Under the pieces are notes generated by a model. The model made no database searches. It was not told where the DNA came from and saw only the letters and a program-made list of their open reading frames with translations. 64,000 bases of DNA, taken from Octopus vulgaris (Eukaryota). The translations under genes and the position numbers were made by a program. Shown piece by piece: positions 12,935 through 26,182 of the stretch (position 1 is its first letter; every line of letters starts with the position of its first letter). The DNA is taken from the NCBI GenBank assembly GCA_951406725.2, contig OX597815.1, positions 149,544,001 to 149,608,000 of the forward strand. The letters run 5' to 3'.

Positions 12935-13490
12935 TCCTGTTTGAAAACTTAAGGACACAGAATGCTTGTGCCACGTAGCCACCTGGAAACGGTGTTTCCT
13001 GGGGCTAAATAGCAGTAGTGTTTTTCCCTTTCCTTGGACTGCCACGTTAAATTGGCAACAAAACAGTCACTTTATCGTTCTGCTACTGTATAAGTCTCTC
13101 TGAGAGATTTAGAAATGCAATATTACTAATTTTGTAGATCAGTGAATTTATTTCATTTAAAATCCTATAAGCTTTCATAGGTGAATAAGCATCGGCAGCT
13201 AGCAAGCCAAGCTACTCCAGACTGATGAAGAGCAATGACTCTGAAACTAGTTTCTAGATGTTAGCTTTGCTGGGTGGATGTGCTTATCTCCCTTCTTTGA
13301 AAACATAAGGACACAGAACTCTTGTGTCACATAGCCAATTGGAAAAGATGTGTCCTTGTGCCAAATATCAGTAACATTCTTCCTTATCCTGGGACTCCCA
13401 CATTAAGTTGGCAACAAACGATCACTTTATCGTGCTGCTGCTGTATGAGTCTCTATGAAAGATTTAGAAATTGAATATGTCAAATTTTAA
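12935..13490 (+). repeat. Diverged direct repeat (~200 bp arms, ~356 bp period) containing a hammerhead motif
   Basis: TTTGAAAAC.TAAGGACACAGAA...GGCAACAAA...CACTTTATCGT...GATTTAGAAAT occurs at 12940-13130 and 13296-13485. Confidence 0.8.
13216..13258 (+). ncRNA. Minimal type I hammerhead ribozyme motif
   Basis: TCCAGA-CTGATGA-AGAG(CAATGA)CTCT-GAAA-CTAG-TT-TCTAGA: intact CUGAUGA and GAAA core, 4 bp stem II, palindromic stem III, stem I with 5 of 6 pairs. Confidence 0.7.
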
Positions 13491-14411
13491 ATTATTTTGT
13501 TTTTTGTAAATATATTTCTACATGATGGCAAGTAACCATCCGATGGTGTGTGTGTTTATGTGTGCATATGTTGGTGTGGGGGTGTGAGTGTGTGTGTGTG
13601 TAACGAGAGAGAGGTGGCGGGCTAATTATGAAGTGTCCACTTCGGAGCAGTGTATTTCCGATTTCAGTCTCACTTCTCAGCACCCTGAGTATGTGTCTTC
13701 ATTTATAATCCGGAGCCAACAAATACGTTTTAGGTTAAAATGCAATCTAGATGCCACGAAGCTATCTTTTCTCCCACAATAAATGAAATGAGGGCTGAAT
13801 TTTAGATTGTACCTTTTAGTGTGGTACAATTTGAAACATTTGACTACTATTCGAGGAGGTTGAACGAGTATACAGTACCACTGTTAATGACACTTTTGCA
13901 TTCACATCGTTGTCTTCGTCTACTTGAACCTATCTATGCATGCATTGTTTAATCCGTAGCTCCCTTTTTCAATACTGTTGAATATGGTAAGATCAAGATT
14001 TTGATATTACTCACAGCTTATGTGGCCTCGTAGGGCTATGCTCGCCGAATTTACTGATATTGATTCATACTGCATGAACCGATGCAACTCCATTAGCTAC
14101 AAAATCAGTGTACTTTCAGAAAGTTTCACATGCCATCGACATAGCTAAATCCCGTGATTCAGTTAAGTGTATCCCTTGTTTGACTTTGAAACGAACGATG
14201 GTTTTATTATTTGCAAGCATAAGAATTATATTATAGAAATGAAGATTAAACATATAACTTCAGTGCCACTCTGGTGTGTGTTCGTGGATTGAGAGAAATC
14301 AATTGTCTCTATGTTCAATATGTTATCTCAGTTGCTCAGAAACAATGCAACTCTGTATTTCACAAAGTGTACAGCTTTAGACATTTTGTTTCTTCCCTCT
14401 ACGTTTTGTGG

Positions 14412-14515
14412 GAGTCCCATTCCGTGGCATTGTGGACAGGTGTCTTCTACTATAGCCTTGGGCCGAACTAAGCCTTGGTAAACGGAAACTGAAAGAAGCC
14501 CGTCGTATATATATG

Positions 14516-14546
<31 letters not shown>

Positions 14547-14562
14547 GTATATATATATATAT

Positions 14563-14637
<75 letters not shown>

Positions 14638-14835
14638 GTGTGTATGTGTGTTTGTCGCCCACAACATCGCTTGACAGACGATGCTGGTGTTTTTACTTCC
14701 CCGTAATTTAGCAGTTCGGGAAAGAGTCCGACAGAATAAATACCAGGCTTACAAAGAATAAGTCCCAGGGGCGATTTGCTTAACTAAAGGCGGAGCTCCA
14801 GCATGGCCGCAGTCAAATCACTGAAACAAGTAAAT
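14412..14835 (+). mobile_element. SINE family 1 with expanded internal (TA)n
   Basis: GTGTCTTCTACTATAGCC...GGAAACTGAAAGAAGCCCGTCG-(TA)n-...GGCGGAGCTCCAGCATGGCCGCAGTCAAATCACTGAAACAAG. Confidence 0.9.
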
Positions 14836-14852
14836 GGATACACCCTAAAAAA

Positions 14853-15063
14853 TACTCTTTTCTAGTCTAGGCACAAGGCACGAAATTTTGGGGAAAAGGG
14901 CCAGTCAATTAGATAAACCCCAGTACGCAACCGGTACTTAATTTATCGACCCCGAAATTATAAAAGGCAAAGTCAACCACGGCGGAATTTGAACAAAGAA
15001 CGTAAGGATATGCCGCTAAGCATTTTGTCCGGTGTGCTAATGTGACTGGCAGCTCACCGACTT
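14853..15063 (-). mobile_element. SINE family 2 (tRNA head, GCCTTT.AT..TTTCGGGGTCGATAAATTAAGTACC central domain)
   Basis: Minus strand GGTGAGCTG head, B-box GTTCAAATTCC, central TTTCGGGGTCGATAAATTAAGTACC. More degraded relatives at ~10620-10770 (-) and ~60390-60540 (+). Confidence 0.8.
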
Positions 15064-17005
15064 ATACCCTAAACAATATCATAATAAGTTGCATTTAGCC
15101 AGTGAAATAGAATCGTACTCCTCTTAAACCAAACTTTGGACGTAAAAAGGTCGGATGTTTTCGGGTGGAATACATTCGACCATGGATCTACTCAAACAGA
15201 AATAACCTGGTTGTGAAAAAGTAGTGACAATACATAACTCTCTATTTGACAGAAGACATCGATGTTTGTGGTTATCGTCACTGCATGTCGAAATCTTAAA
15301 AAACATTGTAACGTATTATATAGATGTAATTTTTGACGCTGAACGTGAATTTGTTATTAATTTATTCCAGAAAAATTGAGCGAAAATATTACACGTACTC
15401 GACGTTTGATAGTTTTCTAAAGTTTCAGCCAATCAGAACAGCACGTTCGCTGCCTCTCCCATCATCGTCACAGTAGCGAGAAAGAGGTGGGGAGCACCGG
15501 CATGTCAAAACATTAAACTAGCAACAGTAAACAGAGGAAAACATTAAAATATTCGCGAGGAAATTAAATATTAAAAAACTACGAGCATAGCAGCAAGAGA
15601 TGCTAGAAATAACTGTCAAAACATTAAAATACACACCAGCAAAGTAAACAGTGAAAACATTAAAGCATTTGCGAACATATAAAATATTTAAAAGATACGA
15701 GCAAACCAGCATGTGTTGCTAGAAATAACAGTCAAAATATTGCTAAAACATATTTATTAGTTAAGAAACTCAAGAATTAAATTTTGCAATACTCTAGGAT
15801 TTTATCGGATATATTATCTTTCTCATATCTCCTTCTCCAGATAAATATCTCCTTCTCCAGATAAATTCCACGCTTTAAAGATATCCAGCTCTTCTCAATT
15901 TTTTTATTAGACTCAATTTGGTGGTCTCACTCCTGCTCAAAACGATATTTGAACGCATTTTTATTCGATTGCAAGATTAAAGTCTTGCAAATAGTTTTAC
16001 TACATTTTGTCACTCCCTAGTTGCATAATATTAATATTAATTTCATAACCGAATATGAAAGTATCTTTGTGTATATAACCACTAAATATTCTCAAAACAA
16101 CTGCTCACGAACTACGAGAGGTGTAACTGTTTTACATGCTGTTACATAGATTTTCAGCATGCATTTTTCAAGATACATAATATTATCATAAAATGCCCTA
16201 AATCAACTCATTATTTGACAAAATCTTCAAACACAAACTAACGTTTATCTGAAATGTCACTTGTTTCCTTTTCTTCCATTCCAAAAAAAAAAAAAAAATT
16301 CAAATATTTTCTTTTTTAAGCACCGCTTTGACAGCTTATCACAATTCTGAAAACCTATGTCACCTCCGCCCTCTGCCGCAGCGCTCAATCGGGTAAATAT
16401 TTAATTAGAACCACAGTAATCAAACTTTCTTTTACTACTAAAAATATATGCAATAGATTTTGATAGACAGAACAGTCAAGTTCAATCCTCAGCAGAATTT
16501 ATGTCAGACAAAACAGAAGAATTCTTATTCGCAAAAATGGAAAATATGAACCATCTAATAAAAGGAAACGATCAAAAGAAAATATTTATTCGAGAGAAAA
16601 GATGCTGTTTAGTTACTGGAAATGACATTTCCGAATATGTCAATAAGCTGCGAAGAAAATAAGCAAAATTTATGTTTTCCCATGTGATATGCTAATAAGT
16701 CACTTTAAAAGACGTATTTATATGAATATTGGCAAGTTCGGTGAAATATTGCAAGGAAATGCGCATTTCACTCAAATATTTATCTACCATCTATGATTTC
16801 TCTCTGCAATTAGAAGAATAGGAGAAATACAAATAAAAAAATAGTGTCAAATTACACACTGTCAATTTTCTGTTCTCAACAACAAAATTTGTTTTCTTTT
16901 ATGACAACTTAAGAAAGATCAATCATTTTATTCTTCCTGTACAGAAAGAAACACATCCATATATAATGCATATATGTATGTGTGTGTATGCATTTATATA
17001 TGCAC

Positions 17006-17065
<60 letters not shown>

Positions 17066-17107
17066 GTGTGTGCGTGTTTCTGGGCTCTTTATATGAGTGT
17101 ATATTGA

Positions 17108-17428
17108 AGGCTGGTGTCTTAGTGGTTATTATTTTAAGCTCATGATCATAAGGTCGAGAGATTGATTATTGGTGGTGATTTATGTCGTTGAGGAACACAC
17201 TTCACTTCACGTTGCTTCAGTCTATTCGGCTGGCAAAAATTAATAATACCTGGAATTAAATACTAGCCATCTCATATTCTGTGTCACGCTGAATCTCCCT
17301 TAAAACGACGTTTAGATTACGCATATCTCTGGATTGCACAGCCACTTGCTCGTTAATTTCAGGTGCAAGCTGTTCCATTGATCAAATCAACTGGAACATT
17401 AGGTGTCTTAAACGACAGGCTGCTAGTT
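17108..17428 (+). mobile_element. SINE family 3, degraded
   Basis: tRNA-like head (CTTAGTGGTTA...CATGATCATAAGGTCG), central CACTTCACTTCACGTTGCTTCAGTCTATTCGGCTGGCAAAAAT, distinct 3' body. Confidence 0.6.
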
Positions 17429-18105
17429 TTAGTCTCTTTGTGTGTACGAGTAAAAACCGTGAATCACACGCACATGCACTAAAATATATGTTCGATGCAA
17501 ATTGACTCTGTTAAATTAAATACATCAGAGAACATAAGAATGTAAACGATATTTTGTAATATATTGGTAACATATTTCCTCGTTTTGTGAACTTTGTGAC
17601 ACGACATGCTGAGCAGAATCTTCTTTAATTTTTATTACTAAAGCATATATACGCCTTTGATGATACACATATCTGCCGTACAAAAGAATGCTATTTCTGC
17701 CATCGATGTTATACAGTTTCATATATAATGCATATACCGTATTTAATGGCTTATTCCAGAAAAAAAATCTTTCTCTTTTCTTTTTAGAGAGATTTCTATA
17801 TAGTGACGTTTATATGCCATAAAATACTGGATTCAGTTCTATTGCAACGGGTGGTGGAGGAGAAATTTATACATCAATTTTAAACAGTCTTAAGGGCAAC
17901 TGTGTATGATTATTGTTTTAATGTATTAGTTCCAGGATTGAGTGGTGAATAATTTAGATAAAGATTTTCAAAAATATAGATCTCATCTTCCCAGAAATTT
18001 ATGTATAACAGCTTTCGATATCATAAATAATTTGCTTTGCAAAGAAGAAACGTATGTATTGTATATACGCATAATTGCATGCAGATATAAGTATGAGTGT
18101 GCATA

Positions 18106-18167
<62 letters not shown>

Positions 18168-18205
18168 CATACATACATGCATACATACATATATATATAT
18201 TACAA

Positions 18206-18438
18206 GAATGACCACTAGGTGGATTCCTAATATGTTAAATGTAGACACCATATGGTCTGACCAACTGACCAATAAGAAAAAATGTTCTCAGGAAAATTCG
18301 GCGAAGATCTACCTTTCATTTGTCTTGCTCTCTTTACGTTCTGATGTTTGCCGAATTTTCTTGAGAACAATTTTTCTTAGTGGTCAGACAACATGGTGTG
18401 TACCTTTAGCATATCAGGAATCTACCTAGAGTTCATTC
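18206..18438. repeat. Fold-back (inverted repeat) mini-element
   Basis: Arms 18206-18309 and 18343-18438 are reverse complements (e.g. CTAGGTGGATTCCTAATATG / CATATCAGGAATCTACCTAG). Confidence 0.85.
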
Positions 18439-18489
18439 GCCTTATATATATGTAATATAATTTTCTGAATCTTCAGATTTCTTTCAATA

Positions 18490-19374
18490 TGCTAGGCCAC
18501 TACAGATGATGACCAAATCAAGACATTAGTTGAGAGTAACCCACCTTGCACAACACGAGAATTGGCAGAAAGCCTCAACCTATCAGAATTCGTCGTTCAT
18601 GAGAACCTAGTAAAGCTTGGGTACACAAATCGTTATTTTGTTTGGGTATCACATGAGTTGACTGAGAAGAACCTTTTGGATCGCATTTCCATCTGTGATT
18701 CGCTTTATAAACGGAATAGAGACGCGCCTTTTTTAAAGCAAATTGTGACAGGTGATTATCTACTGAAATGTTCAGAGAAAGCGATAGTGTAGTAAGCGAC
18801 ACGAGCCACTCTTAGCCACCACAAAAGAAGATCTTCACCTAAAAAGGTCTTGCTTTGTGTCTGGTGTGATCGGAAAGGAATTATGTACTATGAGATTCTC
18901 CCAAGTAACCAGACAATTAATTCTGAGAAATACTGCAAACAACTGGACGAGTTAAAAGCAGCAATTCAAGAGAAACGTCCAGAATTGGAGAACATGAAGG
19001 GTGATGTTTTCCAACAGGATAATGCAAGACCGCACGTTTCTTTGGGAACCTGACATAGTTGCTCCAGGTCGGGTGGGATTTGTTACCCCACCCTCAATAT
19101 TCACCCAGAATTTGCACCTTCGGATTTCCACTAATTCAGGTCTCTGCAGAATAGTCTTCATGGTGATAATTTCAATTCCTTGAATGACGTAGAGATAACT
19201 TGATGAATTATTTGCCATGAAACCACCTCAACTCTGGGAAGAGGATATTTTCAAGTGAAACGAAAGATGGAGACGCGCTGTTCAACGAAATGTTTCATAT
19301 TTGATCGATTAAAAATGTAATATTTATTGACATATTTCTTTCCTTTAAAAATTGCCACAAACTTTCCGGACATC

Positions 19375-19380
<6 letters not shown>
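18490..19380 (+). mobile_element. Mariner transposon remnant (5'-truncated, frameshifted transposase, 3' TIR)
   Basis: Motifs WVSHEL (WVPHEL), IVTGD, LCVWCDRKG, QQDNARPH, YSPEFAPSDFH (YSPDLAPSD); 3' TIR ...ACAAACTTTCCGGACATCCCAATA abutting (TA)n. Confidence 0.92.
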
Positions 19381-19451
<71 letters not shown>

Positions 19452-19452
19452 G

Positions 19453-19497
<45 letters not shown>

Positions 19498-19502
19498 ATA
19501 TA

Positions 19503-19534
<32 letters not shown>

Positions 19535-19722
19535 ACAGTATGTTCACACATGTACACACACACGCACGCACACACGTACATGTATATATATATATATATG
19601 TATGTATGTATTTATGCATGTATATGTATATATATGTTAGTGTGTGTGTATATATATATGTATATATATATATATATATAACAGTATGTTCACATATGTA
19701 CACACACACGCACGCACACACG

Positions 19723-19771
<49 letters not shown>

Positions 19772-19855
19772 TGATTGTGTAACCCAATATCAGAGAAGCG
19801 AAATGGTAAATTGATCATACGTAAATGTTACATTATCTCTGGAAGAATATACATT

Positions 19856-19990
19856 TTGTATTTTAAAGTTCCAATGGATGAAGACAATTTATTTAAATGC
19901 ATAAATTCTTATCAAGTAATAAACATGATAGAAACCAATACCAGTATTATATATATACATATATGCATACACACACACACACACACACAT
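19856..19990 (+). repeat. 135 bp segment duplicated at 21605-21739
   Basis: One mismatch over 135 bp, including the same (CA)n length. Confidence 0.95.
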
Positions 19991-19991
19991 A

Positions 19992-20420
<429 letters not shown>

Positions 20421-20689
20421 ATTGATAGAAATGGTAAGACAACAAATGAATGAAAGTGCTGTGTGGACGCCCCCAGACGATGAAGTTGGCAAGCCCAATA
20501 CGTAGATATAGAGGTAGAAGCCTAGATGTCAGAAGCACAGTTGTGTAGCAGTAGTAGAGCACAGTAGAGAGAATTGTGAAGTAGAAGAGGCATCCGAACG
20601 TGCGACATAACAGAAAGAGTTCTGGATATTTTGTAAATAGACGAATTTGTCTGCAAATTTACTATGTGAGAAATAATTCGGTTGCCATG

Positions 20690-21604
20690 TGGAATAAGAA
20701 TCAATTTAATTGAGGGATCAGAATTCTCCTCCAAACAGCTACAGCGTGTCACGTGTGTTTCGGAGAACCTGAATTACGCACTAACCTGTTCTGGGTGTCA
20801 AGAGCAATACATAAGACAAACAAATAAAATTCTACGTAAAAGAATGGCTCTGGATAGATCTCAGATCAACATTCCCCCAAACAGAAAAATAGCATTCAGC
20901 CAACACATCGACATTTGCGCAAACAACAAAAATCCATGCTTCAGCATTTTCCCCCCTCTACCTATTCAGGGACGACGCAACCTGTAGCCAACGAATTAGT
21001 AAGGAGACACACTTCAATACAAAATACACATCCTTTTTGAACGCGTCTACAACAAATGACGTACCCACCACAGTCTTAGAATAACACAAACACACACGCG
21101 AATATTACAAATGATAAACTCAAGAGATTCCCAATCACTGCTATAATCCATAACGAGCCCTTTTTAGGTCACTTGACTATTTAGAACCCTACTACTATCA
21201 TACTACATACATTCCTTCTTATTCTTCCTTCTCTTTCTCCTTCTTCTTCGTCCTCTTCCTCTCCACCGTCTACTTCCTAAATTTACCATTACTGCTGTTT
21301 AGAATAATACCTATGCAAATGTTATAAACAAAACATTCAAAAGAGATGTCTCAAGAATTCAATCATTACTATCACCCACAATGGGTCACATTCAGTGAAC
21401 TTGACCATTAAACATACTACAATCATGGCACTCCCTTCTTCTTCTTCTTCTTCTTCTTCTTCTTCTTCTTCTTCTTCTTCTTCTTCTTCTTCTTCTACTT
21501 CTTCTTCTTTTTCTTCTTCTTCTCTACCAAGAATTCAAAACGACCTCAAACCCACAAGAGTAAACAAGAGAGACAGAGACAGACAGAAACAATGAAAATG
21601 CCCC
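20690..21604 (+). mobile_element. Penelope-like element 3' fragment (GIY-YIG endonuclease + 3' region)
   Basis: TCVSENLNYALTCSGCQEQYIRQTNKILRKRM fits the PLE GIY-YIG pattern C....NLIY...CxxC...YIGQT; frameshifted; (TTC)n at 21436-21522. Confidence 0.8.
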
Positions 21605-21792
21605 TTGTATTTGAAAGTTCCAATGGATGAAGACAATTTATTTAAATGCATAAATTCTTATCAAGTAATAAACATGATAGAAACCAATACCAGTATTATA
21701 TATATACATATATGCATACACACACACACACACACACATGAAACCAGTACTGAAAAGTTTTTTATAAAATTATTTTACCATTTTCTACCTTT

Positions 21793-21844
<52 letters not shown>

Positions 21845-22110
21845 CTATGTGAGGGAATAAAATCCAAACTTACAAAAAATTAAATTTAGAAATACTAAAT
21901 CAAATTTCACACAATATAATATATATATATATATAAAATTAGAAAAAAAAACACCTTTTATCAATTCAAAATGAACAATTAAATTATACCATCTAAAAAA
22001 TTACATATAATAGAAAAATTAAAATTAAAATAACAATAAAATTATATGTAATTTTCTAGATGGTGTAATTTAATTATTCATTTTGAAATGATAAAAGTTG
22101 TTTTTTTTTG
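21845..22110. repeat. Composite AT-rich element with fold-back; modules shared with 3825-3990
   Basis: 21945-22010 is inverted at 22040-22110; 21940-21995 matches 3825-3880; 21848-21920 is the reverse complement of 3910-3985. Confidence 0.75.
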
Positions 22111-22114
22111 TAAC

Positions 22115-22340
<226 letters not shown>

Positions 22341-22547
22341 ATGAGAATTTACAAAAACAAAAGACGAAGACGGGTGTGTAAACAAAAAACAAACGTGTAG
22401 TAATTTAACGCTCGAGAAATACATACATATATACGTACATACATAATTTTATATATATATTTGTCTATTTTGTAAAGAACTAAAATTTTGCTAATTTTAT
22501 ACTATGATTCAGTTCCAATAGTTACAAACAATTTTTACGATATTTGA

Positions 22548-22862
22548 TGTGAGTGGATTTGTTAGACGGAAACTGAAAGAAGCCCGACGTATATATATAT
22601 AAATATATATGTGTGTGTGTGTGTTTGTGCGTGTTTGTGTGTATGTATTTGTGTCTATGCATTTGTGTGTCAGTGTTTGTCACCCCACCATCGCTTGACA
22701 ACTGATGTTGATGTGTTTACCTCCCCGTAACTTATTACTTCGGCAATAGAGACCGATAGAATAAGAACCAGGCTTCGAAAGAATAATTCCTATGATGGAT
22801 TTGTTCGACTAATGTGGTGCTACAGCAAGACCGCTTTCAAATGACTAAAAGAAGTAAAAGAT
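22548..22862 (+). mobile_element. SINE family 1, 5'-truncated
   Basis: GTGAGTGGATTTG..AGACGGAAACTGAAAGAAGCCCG-microsatellite-CATCGCTTGACAAC...AAATGACTAAAAGAAGTAAAAG. Confidence 0.85.
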
Positions 22863-22884
22863 ATATATATATATATATATATGT

Positions 22885-23937
22885 AGGCACAAGGCTAAAT
22901 TTAAAATGTCGAATATAAATATACCATATGGATAGAGTATATATTTTGTATTTTGATTTTTTGATTTTGATTTTGACTCTTGAGCGCTACAACGGACCTA
23001 TAGCAAAGTCTTATTGTTTCTACATATATATTAGGAAAAACCTGCAAACTTTGTTTTCATGTTATTGTATTGCATAAGATTACCTTGATTTTTTATATTA
23101 CCTTGATTATTTATAAATGACCCAAAATAGGATGTTATATTTTATTTTATAGGTCTTTCGTATATATTTTTATTAATGCACCCATTTTTTAAAAGCAATG
23201 TTTTTTTATAAAAAAAGCAATGTTGTCAAATTTAGAATGTTTATATAAGTTTGTGTATAGCAAAGCATATGTATTTGTAAGTATGCGTATCTGTGTATGT
23301 GTAAGTGAAAGTATGCTTGTGCTTAAGCACACATATACACGACGGTATGTATATGTATCAATTCAAACTTGTGTATGTATACTGGCCTCTATAGATGCCA
23401 AATAACATCGCTACAAGTTTTTTCCCCACCCCTCCTCCGTTCCTTTTTCTCTCTTTCCCTTTCTTTCGTTCCCCCTCCTTGCTCAGTATATGAGAATTGC
23501 TACATAGATGAATTTTAGCTTGCGTGCGAGACGGTTTGCGTGAATATATGTACACATGCTTTTATGTGTATAATTTAGATTCATATTCATACGTCTGTAT
23601 ATGTGTGTATGGCGTTTACGCGCATCCTTTTGTGTATGTTGATATATATATGTGGATTTTAATATAAATATGTATTGCAGTATTTATAACAGGTTTAATT
23701 TCTATGCATTAATTTGTACTGTCTTCATTAACGGCAACAGGTTTTTTCCTCGGTATTTTCCTCGGATTTTATAATTTTTATAAGTTTTTATATATATATA
23801 CATATATTTTTGACCTTTTTGTTTATCGCTGAAGATTGACCGTTTTTTCTAAAGGGCCAATCAAACAAGTAATTTCTTTTTAAAGGTGTAGCTTCGGCAT
23901 ATAGAGACTGTCTGATGAACGGCAAGAACTAGAGTAA
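22885..23937 (+). mobile_element. Probable Penelope pLTR-like insert ending in a half hammerhead
   Basis: Ends GACTGT-CTGATGA-ACGG... and is then cut off by an 87 bp copy of upstream flank; bounded by TA tracts. Classification is inferred. Confidence 0.4.
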
Positions 23938-24023
23938 CAGGCTTCGAAAGAATAATTCCTATGATGGATTTGTTCGACTAATGTGGTGCTACAGCAAGAC
24001 CGCTTTCAAATGACTAAAAGAAG

Positions 24024-24078
<55 letters not shown>

Positions 24079-24111
24079 GGTGTGGGTGTGTGTGTGTGGA
24101 TCGATGGATGC

Positions 24112-24202
<91 letters not shown>

Positions 24203-25560
24203 TATATAGATTTGTATGTATGCATGTTTGTGTGTATGTGTATATATACACAGACTCACACAAACATACACAGGCACATACATACCTATGCATCATATAT
24301 ACTCAAATTAATTGCCGTTTCTGCCGTTACCACTCTAGTTTTGAGTCTGTATATATATTTTGACTTGAGCATGGGTATATATGAATATGTATGTATATAC
24401 GCACGTACGTATGTATGTATGCATGGCACATACATACACGCACTTGCTCTGACACATTATATTGCTTTTCTTTGGGCAGTTATTCACAACGATATGTGAG
24501 AATCGATAAACACAATGCAAAAACCTTATTCAGCTTTAAAACTTTGTAAATATTTTACTTTGATTTGGAATCTTCCTTTCGAGATTCGGAAAATATAGGA
24601 TACAAACATAAATACATCAAGGAATGCATTTATAAAATTGCTAGAGAAAAATAATATAATTGAATAAATAATAAATATGCAACCTTGACATTATAATGAG
24701 ATGTATTCACAGCGACAGAAACACGATAATCATTTTTATTAAAGAAGAATTTTATATATAGCTGTAAGAAACGATTCGAAAAGTGATTTAGTTATAAACA
24801 AGGGAGTAATATATGTATATGTGTCACTGTGAACTCTTGTATGTGTGAATACATACAAATACCTGTATAATATGTACGAAACATCTTCGTATATTCATAT
24901 ATACAGGAATATGTATATATACATATGCACGTGTGTATGTATATACATACATAAATATATATATGCATACATATTCATATGTATATGTGTATTCCTAAAG
25001 TATACGTGTTCATGTCTTTATGTTTGTATATATTTATTAGTATATATTTGATGCAGTATACTTTGGCACACTGTATTATATGCATACAAGCATTTACTTT
25101 ATGTATGAATGTAACTATGTGTATACATATCACACAAAATTGTTTACGGTACTGAAAAACATATTGAATAAAAAACAAAATTTTGCGAGTTCACATCTTA
25201 ATAAATTCAGATTTCATTGGGGAATTGATGTTTACAAATGGAATTATCTTGGTAACAAGTTCATAAGACTGCATTTCTCAAATGGTCTGCTATTTCAAAG
25301 ACAGCAAAGTAATTAGATTAAAACAATCAAAAATAGGGTTTTAGATTCTGTAGAGTGAAATACATAATATTTATAAAATTCGTTTCCCGTTATTTATGTA
25401 TTCAGGATCATGTATCTACATTACTTGGTTGTCCAAATTGGATATGCAATGTGTGTGTACCTCTGTGCAGAACATTGGTTTAAAAAGCCACATCTGGTGC
25501 CATGATGGTTCGAAAATGTAGGTACCGGAGGTGGTCAAACATAAGGAGTAGACAACCTCC

Positions 25561-25647
<87 letters not shown>

Positions 25648-25659
25648 CATACATATAAC

Positions 25660-25935
25660 TAATATTTTTTATAAAGGGACCCTTTGCAAGATTTGCAGGT
25701 TACGGAGAGAAAGCAACTATGGAAAATTCATAGTGTATTAACTGTATAATAACGGTATAATATATATCATAATGATATTTATTCTCCAATATGATTATAT
25801 TTAAACATTGTCGCTTCAAATCGGGGAATAAACATTATTATATATATTACACAGTTATTATACTATGAATCCCCCTTAGTAGCTTTCCCTGTGTAACTTG
25901 CAAAGCCTTTCGGGTTTGTTCATAAAAATCTTATT
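25660..25935. repeat. Fold-back mini-element (diverged arms)
   Basis: TTTGCAGGTTAC.GAG.GAAAGC.ACTA...ATTCATAGT.TA.TAACTGT is inverted at 25845-25905. Confidence 0.7.
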
Positions 25936-26128
25936 TATGTAGTAGCAAGACCGTTTAAGTATATATTAACTAAATTTAACTGAAATTGATGGATGAGCAT
26001 TTCGCCATTCAGATTCGCAACGGGCCATTTAAGCATCGATTTGTAAGTTCGATTGAGGTGAGCTGGCCATCTTTCAGTCATTTGTTTATATTTAAAAAAT
26101 TGTCACTTCAAATCAGAGAATATCATTA

Positions 26129-26178
<50 letters not shown>

Positions 26179-26182
<4 letters not shown>

